Assembly: GCF_018350175.1 (NCBI RefSeq)
Contig: NC_058377.1
Coordinates: 62,310,001-62,374,000 of the forward strand
Length of the DNA stretch: 64,000 nt
Reading direction: 5' to 3'
Origin: Felis catus
Lineage: Eukaryota
Under the pieces are notes generated by a model, which did not search any database, was not told the DNA's origin, and saw only the letters and a program-made list of their open reading frames with translations. The translations under genes and the position numbers were made by a program. Shown here one piece after another: positions 12,840-24,948 of the stretch (its first letter is position 1; every line of letters starts with the position of its first letter).

Positions 12840-13832
12840 ATGATTAATGATCATCCTAGGTTGATGATGCTAATGTTAAACCAAACAGACCTGACCCCAG
12901 CCTCATTCATTCTTAATGGGATCCCAGGACTGGAGGACATGCACATGTGGATTTCTTTCCCATTCTGCTCCATGTATGCTGTGGCAATGGTAGGGAATTG
13001 TGGGCTCCTCTACCTCATCCACTTAGAGGACTCCCTGCACAGGCCCATGTATTACTTTTTAGCCATGCTTTCCCTAACTGACCTTTTCATATGCTCTAGT
13101 ACAATCCCTAAAGCCCTCAGCATATTCTGGTTCCATTTCAAGGAAATCAGCTTCGATGGATGTCTGGTCCAAATGTTCTTTGTCCACACCTTCACAGGGA
13201 TGGAGTCTGGGGTGCTCATGCTTATGGCTCTGGACCGTTATGTGGCCATCTGCTACCCTCTGCACTATTCAACTATCCTCACCAATCCTGTCATTGCAAA
13301 GGTTGGGCTTGCTACTTTCCTGAGAGGGGTGTTCCTCATCATTCCCTTCACTTTCCTTACCAAGCGCCTGCCCTACTGCAGAGGGAATATAATTCCTCAC
13401 ACCTACTGTGACCACATGTCTGTAGCTAAGTTATCCTGTGGAAATATCAAGGTCAATGTCATCTATGGTCTGATGGTTGCCCTCCTGATTGGGGGCTTTG
13501 ACATCTTGTGCATCACAATCTCCTACACCATGATCCTCCGGGCAGTGGTTAGCCTCTCTTCAGCAGATGCTCAGCAGAAGGCTTTCAGCACCTGCACTGC
13601 CCACATCTGTGCCATTGTTTTCTCCTACAGTCCAGCCTTCTTCTCCTTCTTTTCCCACCGCTTTGGGGGCCACACAATTCCTCCATCTTGTCATATCATT
13701 GTGGCCAATATCTATCTGCTTTTGCCTCCCACGATGAATCCCGTTGTCTATGGGGTGAAAACCAAGCAGATACGAGACTGTGTCATCAGGATCCTTTCAG
13801 GTTCTAAGAACCTCAAATCCCACAGCATATGA
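12840..13832 (+). CDS. OR52N4: Class I olfactory receptor, OR52N4-like copy a, intact (in-frame Mets at 12840, 12864, 12867, 12873)
   Basis: LNQTDLTPASFILNG, MALDRYVAICYPL, HTYCDHMSVAKLSCG, KAFSTCTAH, PPTMNPVVYGVKTKQIRDCVIR; recognisably OR52N4-like. Confidence 0.9.
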   Translation: MINDHPRLMMLMLNQTDLTPASFILNGIPGLEDMHMWISFPFCSMYAVAMVGNCGLLYLIHLEDSLHRPMYYFLAMLSLTDLFICSSTIPKALSIFWFHFKEISFDGCLVQMFFVHTFTGMESGVLMLMALDRYVAICYPLHYSTILTNPVIAKVGLATFLRGVFLIIPFTFLTKRLPYCRGNIIPHTYCDHMSVAKLSCGNIKVNVIYGLMVALLIGGFDILCITISYTMILRAVVSLSSADAQQKAFSTCTAHICAIVFSYSPAFFSFFSHRFGGHTIPPSCHIIVANIYLLLPPTMNPVVYGVKTKQIRDCVIRILSGSKNLKSHSI

Positions 13833-14525
13833 AAGGAATATTAGCCTGGGTTGGGTGAAAAGGGAAAGAATGCTACTCTCTGTTGTTTAGGCAGGAGACT
13901 TTCCCAGAATAGATATATGATATTTCCAGGTAAGCATGATGGATAATTTATTCCCATTAAATTTTCTGCAGAATACCAAAGTAATTTTTCATTCCACATT
14001 ACCCCCATATGAGCTTTTTACTGGCAGGTTTTCTGTGTAGCTGAGGTCTTGGTACTATTAGGTTCCAAAAAAGAAAAATACTAATGAGAAGCTGGGCCAA
14101 TTATCTAGAAAACTGAATCACATGAAACTAATGATCTGGGTCTAGATGACTCAAATTGTTCTGTTTTTTACTTGTAAATGAAATTTCCAGTTTGATCATT
14201 ATGATTTAACCTTGGGAGATATGTATTATACATTCTCATTATTCACAAAAGTGCTCTGTTTTCTCAGTCACTTATAAAAGACGAAACTGGAAAGTGTTCT
14301 CTGAGGTCATTAGTATCATGAAATGTAAGATCCTGGGGTCTTATGAAAAACTTGGTGACCTAGTATCTGACTGGATCTCTCCTAGAATGAGACATTCACA
14401 TAATTGCTTCCTTCCCAACTAGTGGGTTGTCTGTTTTCTTAAAGATGGTTTTCAATGAATGCACAGTTTGGAAGGAGTTATGAATGATAGAACAATATGA
14501 AATATAATAATAATGACAGTTATAA

Positions 14526-14568
14526 AATATAATATAATATAATATAATATAATATAATATAATATAAT
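14526..14568. repeat. (AATAT)n microsatellite
   Basis: Direct reading. Confidence 0.95.
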
Positions 14569-14929
14569 AAATGTATTTCTAGAAGTACAGAGTTCTGGGG
14601 AACAATAGTTATTTTTCTTATTTAGAGCTGATAATTAACTAAGAGAATGGCTCTAATATTTTCTGTGTGATATTCAAGTTCTTTCTAAATTAACATGAAG
14701 TAAGAAGCTACAAATAATAATAGTTTTATAGCATTGTCACAGAGCACATAGAGAAGATTGCAAAGTCGATTTTCCTGCCCAACTTCCAAGAATTACTTTC
14801 CTCTGATGCTGGTAATTGATGCTCATTAATTTCCATTAGTTTGTAATTAACCTCTAGTATTTTTCATTTAATAAAGGCATAAAACAAGTAAACTTTTATC
14901 ACAAAGTCACCCTCTTTTCATACTTTATT

Positions 14930-15480
14930 TCTTTGTCCACCTTGATAGCAAATCTTCTTTAAAGATTACCAGTATTTATGACCTCTACTTACATACACAT
15001 CTTGAAGTAATGCTTAACCACTTCTGGCTTTTTCTTTAGAATATCCTCCATCTCATCGTTTCACTGAAATTGCTTTTGTCAATTTCACAGATGATTTTCA
15101 TGTTCCTAAAGCCAAAAGGTCCTTCTCCATGCCCATCTTGCCCTAACTCTCAACAATATGAATATAACTGATTAGTCCCTCCATCTAGAAACCCTCCCTT
15201 TTCTTGAATGCTGCAACACGTCAGACATTCGAAGTCGTTCTTCCTTCTCACAGAACACTTCATATAGTTCCATTTGTTTTCTCTTGTCCTCTGGATTTCT
15301 TTATGTTAGCCTATCCCTGGGTTCAAATCTCTTCTCTTAGCACTCATTCCCTGGGCATTCCAGCAAACATAGCCATAAATGCCATTGTAGGCTAATGGCT
15401 GCCAGACTATTAATTCATTAATGGATTCACGGGAACTCTGGTGCAAGTTCAATGTGAACTAAACTTCCTGGTACCTTTTT
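14930..15480 (+). mobile_element. L2 fragment (5' piece)
   Basis: actgaaattgcttttgtcaatttcacagatga... typical pyrimidine-rich L2 sequence. Confidence 0.6.
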
Positions 15481-15715
15481 TCTTAATGGCACTCTGTCAT
15501 TTCTAGGTCTTTTTCTTGTTTTGCTTTTTGTTTTTACTTTGATCTTATTTCACTCGTAATCTTCAGGCTTATCATCCAGTGACATTCTCCATGTGTTTGA
15601 CATATATTCTTAAACATGTGACTATGAGGTCATTTACTGAATGTTTATTTTAGGAACTTACATCTGTTTCATTGTGCTAAAATATTACATTGCTTACTTT
15701 TAACTCAATTATTTT

Positions 15716-15934
15716 TTTTTAATTTTTTTTAACGTTTATTTTTATTTTTGAGACAGAGAGAGACAGAGCATGAATGGGGGAGGGGCAGAGAGAGAAGGAG
15801 ACACAGAATCGGAAACAGGCTCCAGGCTCTGAGCCATCAGCCCAGAGCTTGATGCGGGGCTCGAACTCACGGACCGCGAGATCGTGACCTGGCTGAAGTC
15901 GGACGCTTAACCGACTGTGCCACCCAGGCGCCCC
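15716..15934 (-). mobile_element. Young felid-type Can-SINE
   Basis: CpG-rich; TSD ttaactcaattatttt. Confidence 0.95.
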
Positions 15935-16842
15935 TTAACTCAATTATTTTTAAAAATGTATTTTTAATAAAATTAAATATGCTTCAAATCTTGCTTGTGA
16001 TTATTTTATAGACTTTCCTAGCATGCAACCAACACTATTTTCTTAATCATTCCCTGATTATGTATATCTAAGTTTTTTCAGTCTCTGTCACCACAAATAA
16101 CACTATGCTGAGCATCTTTACTCACATGCACACCTACACACACCCTGGCCCTTATGGAACTGGGGATATTTTATTCTGAATATACACAGTGGAGTGTGTT
16201 TGCAGAGTCATAATCTCTGCACACTACCTTTGATTAAGCAGCCTTTAGACTGCTGGGCAACTTTTCAGTGGAAACAATGGAAGCCAAAAGACAAATGATA
16301 TTTTGGAAGTGCTGAAAAAATACTTACAAATCAGAATTCTAATGAAAAATCCTTCAAAAAAAACATAGCATAAATACCTATTCATATAAACTAAAGCTGA
16401 GACAAAATACTAAAGTAAGTATGTTATTCAGAATTTAGAATAATGATTACCTGATGGAAGCTCAGAACAAAATACTGGAATGCATAACAAAACTAACACT
16501 GAAGAAAAATACAATAATGACAGTAATAACACCTATTTTATTGGTCCAAAAATGGCAAGAGGAACAAAGAAAAGAACAGATGGAACATGATACAAAAGAC
16601 AATAGGAACATGGAAAACTTGACAAAAACGATGGCAGTATTACATTAGTATGAGTTGACAAAGCAAGTCAATGAAAGGAAGTGAAATGAAAATTAAGACA
16701 ATATCCTCAAAAACTTAGTATTGTTAGAAGACATTAAACATCCACACACATATATAAAATGAGAAAAAGCTTGTGTGGCTAGACCAGACAAAGTAGATTT
16801 TAACACAATAAATGTTAGGAGTGATAAAATGCAACATTCCGT

Positions 16843-17146
16843 TGTTGGGAAAATAAATAAAGTTTTACACCATAAGATAGCTGACAGGACTAAAACATGC
16901 TCTGGTCTCTAGCTTGGAGTCCCCTCTTCTGGGTTCTTTTTGCCCTGTTTGCCAGGGCAAACGAACCGCCCCCCACGAATATGGAGGCTGACAACTATAA
17001 ATTACCCTTCCCGCTTGCACTGGGCGCTCAGATCTTTGGAGAAACGGTCTCCTCTGAGCCCGCCGGTGTAAATAAATCTTCAATCCACCAAGATCTCCGA
17101 GTGCCGCTTGGTTTTTCTGCCAGCGTTCCAGCCTGGTTCCCTAACA
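16843..17146 (+). mobile_element. Solo LTR of a class I (gamma-like) ERV, 304 bp, young
   Basis: TGTTGGGAA...TTCCCTAACA termini, TATAAA ~16996, AATAAA ~17071, 4-bp TSD ccgt/ccat, CpGs retained. Confidence 0.85.
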
Positions 17147-17526
17147 CCATGATTACAGTAGCAATCCAACAGGAAATATACCTAACTTTGTATATGCTTA
17201 ATATCATTATAGATACATAACAATATATACAAAGAGGTGGATAATACTAGAAGGGGAAATTGGCAAATCCACAGTGAAATCATAGTTGCAGCAACTGAAA
17301 CGTAGAGAATTAGAAAAATCTAAATAGTACAGAATATCTGAACATAAGCAAATTAAGCCAATTGCCCTGTTAAGTAAACAACATCCAACAGCTTCAAGTA
17401 TAGTTTTATTTCTCAAGCAAATATAAAACATTTACCAAAATAAACAAAAAGAAGGTGTCAAGAGCAACCTTATCCCAATAGATTTGAAAATGTTGATGAG
17501 ACAGACATGTATTAAAAACACTTCAA

Positions 17527-17740
17527 GGGGCGCCTGGGTGGGTCAGTGGGTTGAGCGGCCGACTTCCGCTCAGGTAACGATCTCGCGGTCCCTGAGTTCG
17601 AGCCCCGCATCAGGCTCTGTGCTGACAGCTCAGAGCCTGGAGCCTGTTTCAGATTCTGTGTCTCCCTCTCTCTGACCCTCCCCCGTTCATGCTCTGTCTC
17701 TGTCTCAAAAATAAATAAACATTAAAACAAAACAAAACAA
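17527..17740 (+). mobile_element. Can-SINE
   Basis: ggggcgcctgggtgg head; TSD cacttcaag. Confidence 0.93.
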
Positions 17741-17810
17741 ACCACTTCAAGTGATCTAAGAAGAAATATAAGGTTACAGTAGTCATACATCTATTAAGAA
17801 AATGAATCAT

Positions 17811-18005
17811 GGGGCACATGGGTGGTTCAGTTGGTTGAGTGTCAGACTTTGCCTCAGGTCATGATCTCGCAGTTCATGAGTTCAAGTCCCACATTGGGCT
17901 TGCTGCTGTCAGCATGGAGCCCTTTTGGATTCTCTGCCCCTTTATCTCTCTGCCCCTCCCTGCTTATTATCTCTCTCTCAATAAAAGATAAAACATTAAA
18001 AAAAA
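17811..18005 (+). mobile_element. Can-SINE
   Basis: Head, CT tract, A tail. Confidence 0.88.
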
Positions 18006-18573
18006 GAAAGAAAGAAATCAGTTACCTAAAATTTCCATGAGCATGTGCGTACATGTGTGAATGTGAGTGTTGGATGTTGTAATACATTATGACCAAGTGG
18101 GATTTATTCCAGGAACTCAAAGCAGGTTGGCTGAGAACACACACAAGTAATCAACTTAAATATGACAAAATAGATTTAAATAGGAAAAAATCATAAGATT
18201 ACTACAACAGAGTAAGAAAATATTTGTTTTCATTAAATATCCATTCATGATTAAAACACAGCAAAATCTAAATTTAGAAGGAAATTTTAATTTGATAAAA
18301 GGCATGCACAAAAAACCTACAGCTAATATCCCAATTAATGATGAAATATGAAAATATGTCTCCCTGAGGATAATAGCAAGACAAAGATGTCAACCATTCC
18401 CACTTCTATCCAACATTGTACTAGAGGTCCAAGCAGTAGAATAAAATTAAAAGAGTGAAAAAGGCATTAATATTGAAAAGACTCAAAAGACTCTTCCTTT
18501 TCGTTTGAAAATGGAAAACGTAAGACACAAACACTAGGGGGTGCTGCCAAAGCAATTTCTAGACGGAAACTTT

Positions 18574-18627
18574 ATTTTTTTAAATTTATTTTTATTTTTT
18601 TAATATGAAATTTATTGTCAAGTTGGT
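18574..18627 (-). mobile_element. Ultra-short L1 3' tail insertion
   Basis: Poly-T plus aatatgaaatttattgtcaagttgg; TSD tagacggaaacttt/tagatggaaacttt. Confidence 0.8.
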
Positions 18628-19598
18628 TAGATGGAAACTTTCTAACACTAAATGCATATATTAAGAAAAAAGAAAGATCTCAAAAGCAACTTTATTCCAC
18701 AAGGAACTAGAAAAAGAACAAATGAAGACCAAAACAAGGAGAAGGAAAGAAATCACAAAAGGTAGAGCTAAATAAAATGGAGACCACAAAAACAATCGCA
18801 AATATCAATGAAAGTGAGGCCTAGGTTTTTGTAAAGATAAACAAATTGGCAAACCTTTAGCTGAACTTACTAAGAAAAAAAGAAAGAGGTATCAAATAAA
18901 CAAAGCCACAAATGAAAGAGGAGACATTACAACTGATACCATACAAAACACATGTGATTGTTAGAGATTACTATGAAAATTGTACGTCAACAAATAATCC
19001 AGGAGAATATATTCTATATTACAACAATTGTCAGTTAATATATTGGTCCCTCCAATTTTTTCCCTCAAAATGCTATTTTGGGACCTGTGTGCAAAATATA
19101 TTAAGAACTCTTAAAACTCAGTCATAAAAAGATAAACCAGTTAAAAACCAAGCAAAGGGTATGAATAGATCTTTCTCCAGAGAAGATAGAAATAAGTCAG
19201 TAAGCAACATGAAGAGGTGCTCAACGTTATTAGTCATTAAAGAAATGTAAAACAAAATTATAATGAGATACCGTTCACATCCAAGAGAATAATTATACTA
19301 AAAAAAAACCAGTAACAATCAGGTTAGCAAGAATGTAGAAAAATTGGAACCCTCATACACTGCTGGTAGGGATGTAAAATAGTTTAAAAAATTGCTATTT
19401 TGCTCTCAACTACTTTTCTATGTGCTGATAAACAATCTTTACATGCATGCTTCAAATGTACCATATGCTTGTCATGACCTAATCTGAATTTATTCTCTTC
19501 TCCTGTAACCTGGTCTTTCTCCAATCTTCCTTAAGAATGTGAATAACATCAGGTGCCATCCCACTGCATATAACAAACACTAGAATTGTTCTTTGGTT

Positions 19599-19812
19599 GT
19601 GGTGCCTGGGTGGCTCAGTCGGTTAAGCATCTCACTTTGGCTCAGGTCATGATCTTGCAGTTTGTGAATTCGAGCCCCATGTCAGGCTCTGTGCTGACAG
19701 CTCAGAGCCTGGAGCCTGCTTCGGATTCTGTGTCTCCTTCTTTCTCTCTCTCAAAAATAACTCTCTCTCAAAAAAACTCATGCTCTCCCCCAAAAATAAA
19801 CATTAAAAAAAA
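19599..19812 (+). mobile_element. Can-SINE
   Basis: TSD agaattgttctttggt. Confidence 0.92.
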
Positions 19813-19831
19813 AGAATTGTTCTTTGGTCAT

Positions 19832-21408
19832 CTAATTACGAGACCTTGAAACCATAAAGCCCTTAGAAGAGAACATAAGCAGTCATTCCTTTGCCATCAG
19901 CCACAGCAACAGTTTTCTTCATCTGTCTTCTAAGTCAAGGGAAACAAAAGCAAAAAGAAACTACACTAAACCAAACTAAAAACCTTCTGCATAGTGAAGG
20001 AAGCCATCAACAGAACAAAAAGGCAACCCACTGAATGGGAGAAGATATTCGCCAAGTGATATATCCAATAAGGGGTTAATATCCAAAATATGTAAAGAAC
20101 TTACACAACTGAACACCAAAATCCCCCAAATAACCCAATTTAAAAATGAACAGAGGACTTGAATAGACATGTTTCCAAAGATGACATAGAGTGGGTCAAC
20201 AAATACATGAAAAGATCATAGCATCATTAACCATCAGGGAAAGGAAATTTAAAACCGCTATGAGATATTGCTATTATAATGGTTAGACTCTAAAAAGCAA
20301 GAAATAATAAGTGGTGATGAGAATGTGGAAAAAATGTGCACTGTTTTTGGGAATGCAAACTGGTATAGCCACTGTGGAAAAGAGTATGGATCTTTCTTAA
20401 ATAATTAAAAACAGGAATACCATATGGTCCAATAATTCTGCTACTGGATATTTATGAAGAGAATTAAAAATGGAAATACTATATGATCCAATAATTCTGC
20501 TATTGGGTATTTATATGAAGAAAATGAAAATTCTAGTTCTAAAAGATATACATATCNNNNNNNNNNNNNNNNNNNNNNNNNNNNNNNNNNNNNNNNNNNN
20601 NNNNNNNNNNNNNNNNNNNNNNNNNNNNNNNNNNNNNNNNNNNNNNNNNNNNNNNNNNNNNNNNNNNNNNNNNNNNNNNNNNNNNNAAAAATATATATGT
20701 AATGGAATATTAGCCTCAAAAAAGAATGTGATCTTGCCATTTGCTACAACAGGTGAAAGTGAAATAAATTAGACAAAGAAAAACAAATATTATATGATTT
20801 CACATATATGTGGAATCTAAAAAAACAAAACAGGGGCACTTCGGTGGTTGAGTTGGCTAAAGGTCCAACTTTGCCTCAGGTCATGATTTCATGGTTCGTG
20901 GTTTCGAACCCCACATTGACTCTGCTGTTAGCATGAGCCTGCTTAGGATCTTCTCTCTCTCTCTCTCTCTCTCTCAGATTAAATGAACATTAAAAAATGT
21001 TTTTAAATATTTTAAATATTTTTTAACATTAAAAAACAAAACACATGAATAAACAAATAAAAAAGAGATTCAAACCTATGAATACAGAGAACAAACTAAT
21101 GGTTGCCAGCAGCGCGGGGGGTGGGTGGGGAGTAACAGTGAAAGTGAAGGTAGGTACACCTTTCAGTTACGGAATGAATAAGTTATGGGGATGAAATGTA
21201 CAGCATAAGGAATACAGTCAGAGGTGTAGTAATAGCCCTGTATGGTGACAGATGGTAGCTACACTCTGGTGAGCATAATACAATGTATAAACTTGTTGAA
21301 TCATTATGTTGTACACTTGAGCCTAATGTAACATTTCTATCAACTATACTCAAGGAAAAAAAGAGAGAAAAAATTTTTTAAAGAAAAAAGTTAAAAAAAA
21401 TAAAAAAA
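19832..21408 (+). mobile_element. 5'-truncated carnivore L1 (ORF2 end, 3'UTR, polyA)
   Basis: ORF2 C-terminal motifs and A tail; TSD tgttctttggtcat at both ends. Confidence 0.9.
20833..21031 (+). mobile_element. Can-SINE nested in L1
   Basis: TSD aaaaacaaaaca. Confidence 0.85.
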
Positions 21409-21423
21409 ATGTTCTTTGGTCAT

Positions 21424-22160
21424 AAAAGTGATCAATTTTATCTTCAACATACCTTCTAAATCTATTCACTTTTCTCTATCTTCACTGCCCCTATCCTAGT
21501 GCAAGATAAAGTCATCTCTCCTTTGGGATTACTGTTACTCAACTGATTTACTTATATTTACCCTTGCCACACTTAATCTGGTGTCCACATTGCTGCGAGG
21601 TCCTAATTCTCCTTAAAAGCTTTCAGTGGTCCCTTATAACCCTGCGTAAATTTGCTTGCAAGTCTCTGGCCTCTGTCAGCTCAACAACTCTGTTTCACAC
21701 CATATCTCATTTCTGTCACTTCTTAGTGCTCCAGCCACATTTATCCTCTTTTATTACTTGAATTTCACGTGATCCCCTCACTTCAGCATCTTAAAGTTCT
21801 TGGGCTCCTTTGCCTCCCCCTCCTCCCCATTACCAAATCCACACCATAGTTAAGTCCTTCTCAAACACGTGGCCTTGACACAAACCGGTGTTTCTTCTGG
21901 AAATCCCTCTCTGACACCAAGACTAAATTAATTCTCCCCATTATATGCTCTCATATTTCTGGGGGCTTTTGCTTCAAAGCACTTCTCCCAGTCTATAGGT
22001 AGATTTGTTAGATTCTTTACTTAGTGTTTTACCCCGTTGCCCCAACTAGGCCACTGTTTCCATGAGAACAGGGACCATGGCAGTTTTATTGACGATTTTA
22101 TGCCTGCCATATTTTGTAAACACAGTAGGAACTCAATAGATATATATGGGGTGAATAAAT
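21424..22160 (+). mobile_element. L2 3' fragment (continues 19450-19580)
   Basis: Ends gtaggaactcaatagatat...gaataaat, a typical L2 tail. Confidence 0.65.
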
Positions 22161-24133
22161 ACTTTCTCTTTTAACAGTTTATTTTTTAAGCATAACAGCA
22201 TAACCACAGAATTTAAAATCCCCTGAAATTTTGTACTTAAGAACAATTTAAACACTAATAAAGTTGCCCACTTTGTATAGGGCTATTTTGATTTCATAAA
22301 TGAAGACATTTTTCTGCTTATGTTAAGTTCTCAGTTTACATCGATAGGAAGTGTGTCTCTGAATCAATCTCCCTTCCAACCTTTTGGGATTTAATATCTT
22401 AGGAATTCTGCTTTCTCTATGGGCTGTTCTCTCTTCATGTCTCCAAGGGAAATCTATTATCTTTAGATCACTGAGCTGTTTAATACTCCCCATAAAATCC
22501 AGAATCTCATAATTTCTATGCCATGTGTGAGCTGAAAACACATCCTCACCTCATGTGAAAGCTTAATTCTCAAAGAGTTGTGTCTTCTTTCCGGGTAGGA
22601 AACCCCTGCCATTGCCAGGACCTCAGACTGTGAGACTCTGCTCCTAACCACAGTTAAGTACTAAAACCTTGGCATGGTCACATTGGCTAAATCCCAGAGC
22701 ATCCAATGGAGGCTGATCCTTAACCTTTTCTTATGTTGTTTTGCACAAGAGATGAACTCTTTCTTCTGTGCTATGAGGAAATAAAGGCTTAGAGAAGCTG
22801 TTCAAAGGGTTTAAGGCTAGAATTAGAGAATATAAGGTTTGTGTGATGACCTAGAAGTGATCTCATTTATAAAACAGCTGCTAGATTGTCTTCAAGATGA
22901 ATATATTAACTGTCTTACGTACCAGGATCACACTCCATGTCCTGCTAACCTTTAAGTGCTAAAAGAAATTGAAAACACTTATTTCCTTTCTGTAAACTCA
23001 AATCTGCTCCTTATCTTAACTGTATCACACTAATATCTATCAGGAGAAAACATCAAAGATACAAGGCTGTGTCTTTGATATGAGGATATATAATGATAAA
23101 TATTTGGCAAAAATACCAGACCCCATACAGTCAAGTGGGTCACACGTCCAAGTTCTCAAGATGGAGCTATGAAGCTGAACTCCTCAGGAGTTCTGATCTA
23201 AAAGTCCAGAGTCAAAGTAGCTTCATCTTCAAGCCTCTTTTGTGTTTGTTTGGTTAAAATTTGCTGTAAACACATGTAGATGATTTTAGTGTTCACCAAA
23301 TTACGTTACTGTTAAAGAAGGAAGATTTTCCTCAAGATTAAGGGGTACATGTTTACCCAAACTTACAGGTGGCAAGACATTTCTGAAGAAAAAATACATC
23401 TAGTTGCTGACATGATCTTCTCTTGTTGGTGCTAACACAAGAGAATTTTAATTTCTTTCAGATATGGCCTTCTATATTTAAAGGTAATTATATGAAGAAT
23501 AAATCCACAACTGCCTTTTGTGCTATAAAGGAATTTAAACTATTTGAAAGAAAGGGTGAAGGCATGGATCATTCTAAGCAAGGGAATACAAGTTTTAGGA
23601 AGATCAAATGGCTGAGCAAAAGAAGGAAGTATGAGTAGAGGCACAAGTGACCAAGTAAGACTCAGAAGTAGCATTGCTGAGGAGAAAGGCTGCATGATGA
23701 AGTAGGGGAAGAAACCACAGGACAAGGGAGCAATTGTTGGCCAAAAGGAAAGGCTTGCTTGTTATTTTAAGACTTGGCTGGTTGGGCTCCTGAACAGAAT
23801 AAAAAGTACATGAAAAACACCAGCTTCTGAAGAAAGATGACTCTAGTTTTGAACATGAATCTGAATATACAATTGCAGTTTCTTCAACATATGGGCAAGT
23901 AATTCTTGTTTGTTAATAAAAACAAAAACCATCTTACTACCAGTGTCTAACTCTTGTATTTATATGCCTTTATAGATTCTTTAGGACTACACTAGAAAAA
24001 AAAATCTATGGTTTGTCTCTATTAAGTCACTCCTTAAATCAACAAATTCAGTCATGATCATTTAGCTTTCCAAGCTATCCTTTTCTGAATTTTTCAGAAG
24101 TCCATACAAATCAGAATATAAAAAAAATAGTTA

Positions 24134-24347
24134 GGGATGCCTGGGTGTCTCAGTCAGTTAAGCATCCAACTTCAGCTCAGGTCAGGATCTTGCGGTTAGT
24201 GAGTCCGGGCTCAGCATTGGACTCTGTGCTGACAGTTCAGAGTCTGGAACCTTCTTCGGATTCCCTGTCTCACTCTCTCTCTGCCCCTTCCCTGCTCACA
24301 CTCTGTCTGTCTTTCTCAAAATAATAAATAAACATTAAAAAAATTTT
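24134..24347 (+). mobile_element. Can-SINE specific to block A1
   Basis: Empty site at ~38225 in block A2. Confidence 0.92.
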
Positions 24348-24919
24348 AAAGTTATTTCTCTTCCAATTTGCACCATACTTATGCATGAAAATCTTTACAG
24401 TCTGTGGTATAAAATTTGAGGAGGCTATATAAAACATAAATGGACTTCTATAACAACCTGAATACTACAGCTAGAAAATTCCATCTCCATATTTCTGTAT
24501 TTTAAAAAATTTTCCGTGTTGTTAATTAATAAAAACCTGAAGTAATATTGAGACAAATATGAAGAAAACAAACACATCCACTTGATTCCACAAAATTTCT
24601 GAGGGAATAAAGAAAATTCAAAAAGAAAAAAAAGTAGAATCCTAGGTATGTGATGGTCCTAAATTGAGATAACTGGGGATAAGGCAAATGGAGATGTGAG
24701 ACGCATGCTGCATTGTCCCTCAATAGTCAACCGTGATAATGGCTCCTTATAAGATTAATTTCTACTCTAAAACCCACAGAACTTCATGGTACTTTATCTT
24801 AAATTACAGTAAGGGATGTACAACAGAGTTCATTTGGTTACAGCACCAACTATGCTACGTGGAGATAGGTTAAAAATAATGTTTGATGATAATATGGCTC
24901 AAAAAAAGCAAAGTTGAAA

Positions 24920-24942
24920 CCCATCTTTTTTTTTTCTCTTAG
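24920..24942 (+). promoter_or_regulatory. 3' splice acceptor of OR56B1-a, 6 nt before the ATG
   Basis: Poly-T tract, then ctcttAG|gaaacaATG. Confidence 0.75.
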
Positions 24943-24948
24943 GAAACA

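Larger units (their letters stand above)
16250..19385 (+). mobile_element. Old, fragmented L1 (ORF1 end/ORF2 pieces) hosting an LTR, SINEs and a mini-L1
   Basis: A-rich L1 motifs: gaccaagtgggatttattccagga, aacaaattggcaaacctttagct, ggaaccctcatacactgctggt. Confidence 0.7.

Noticed and set aside
15716-15934. tRNA-like A/B boxes
   Set aside because: These are Can-SINE heads, not tRNA genes.
16897-17220. 107-aa ORF with a hydrophobic, signal-like N-terminus
   Set aside because: It runs through a solo LTR into old L1; no evidence of coding.
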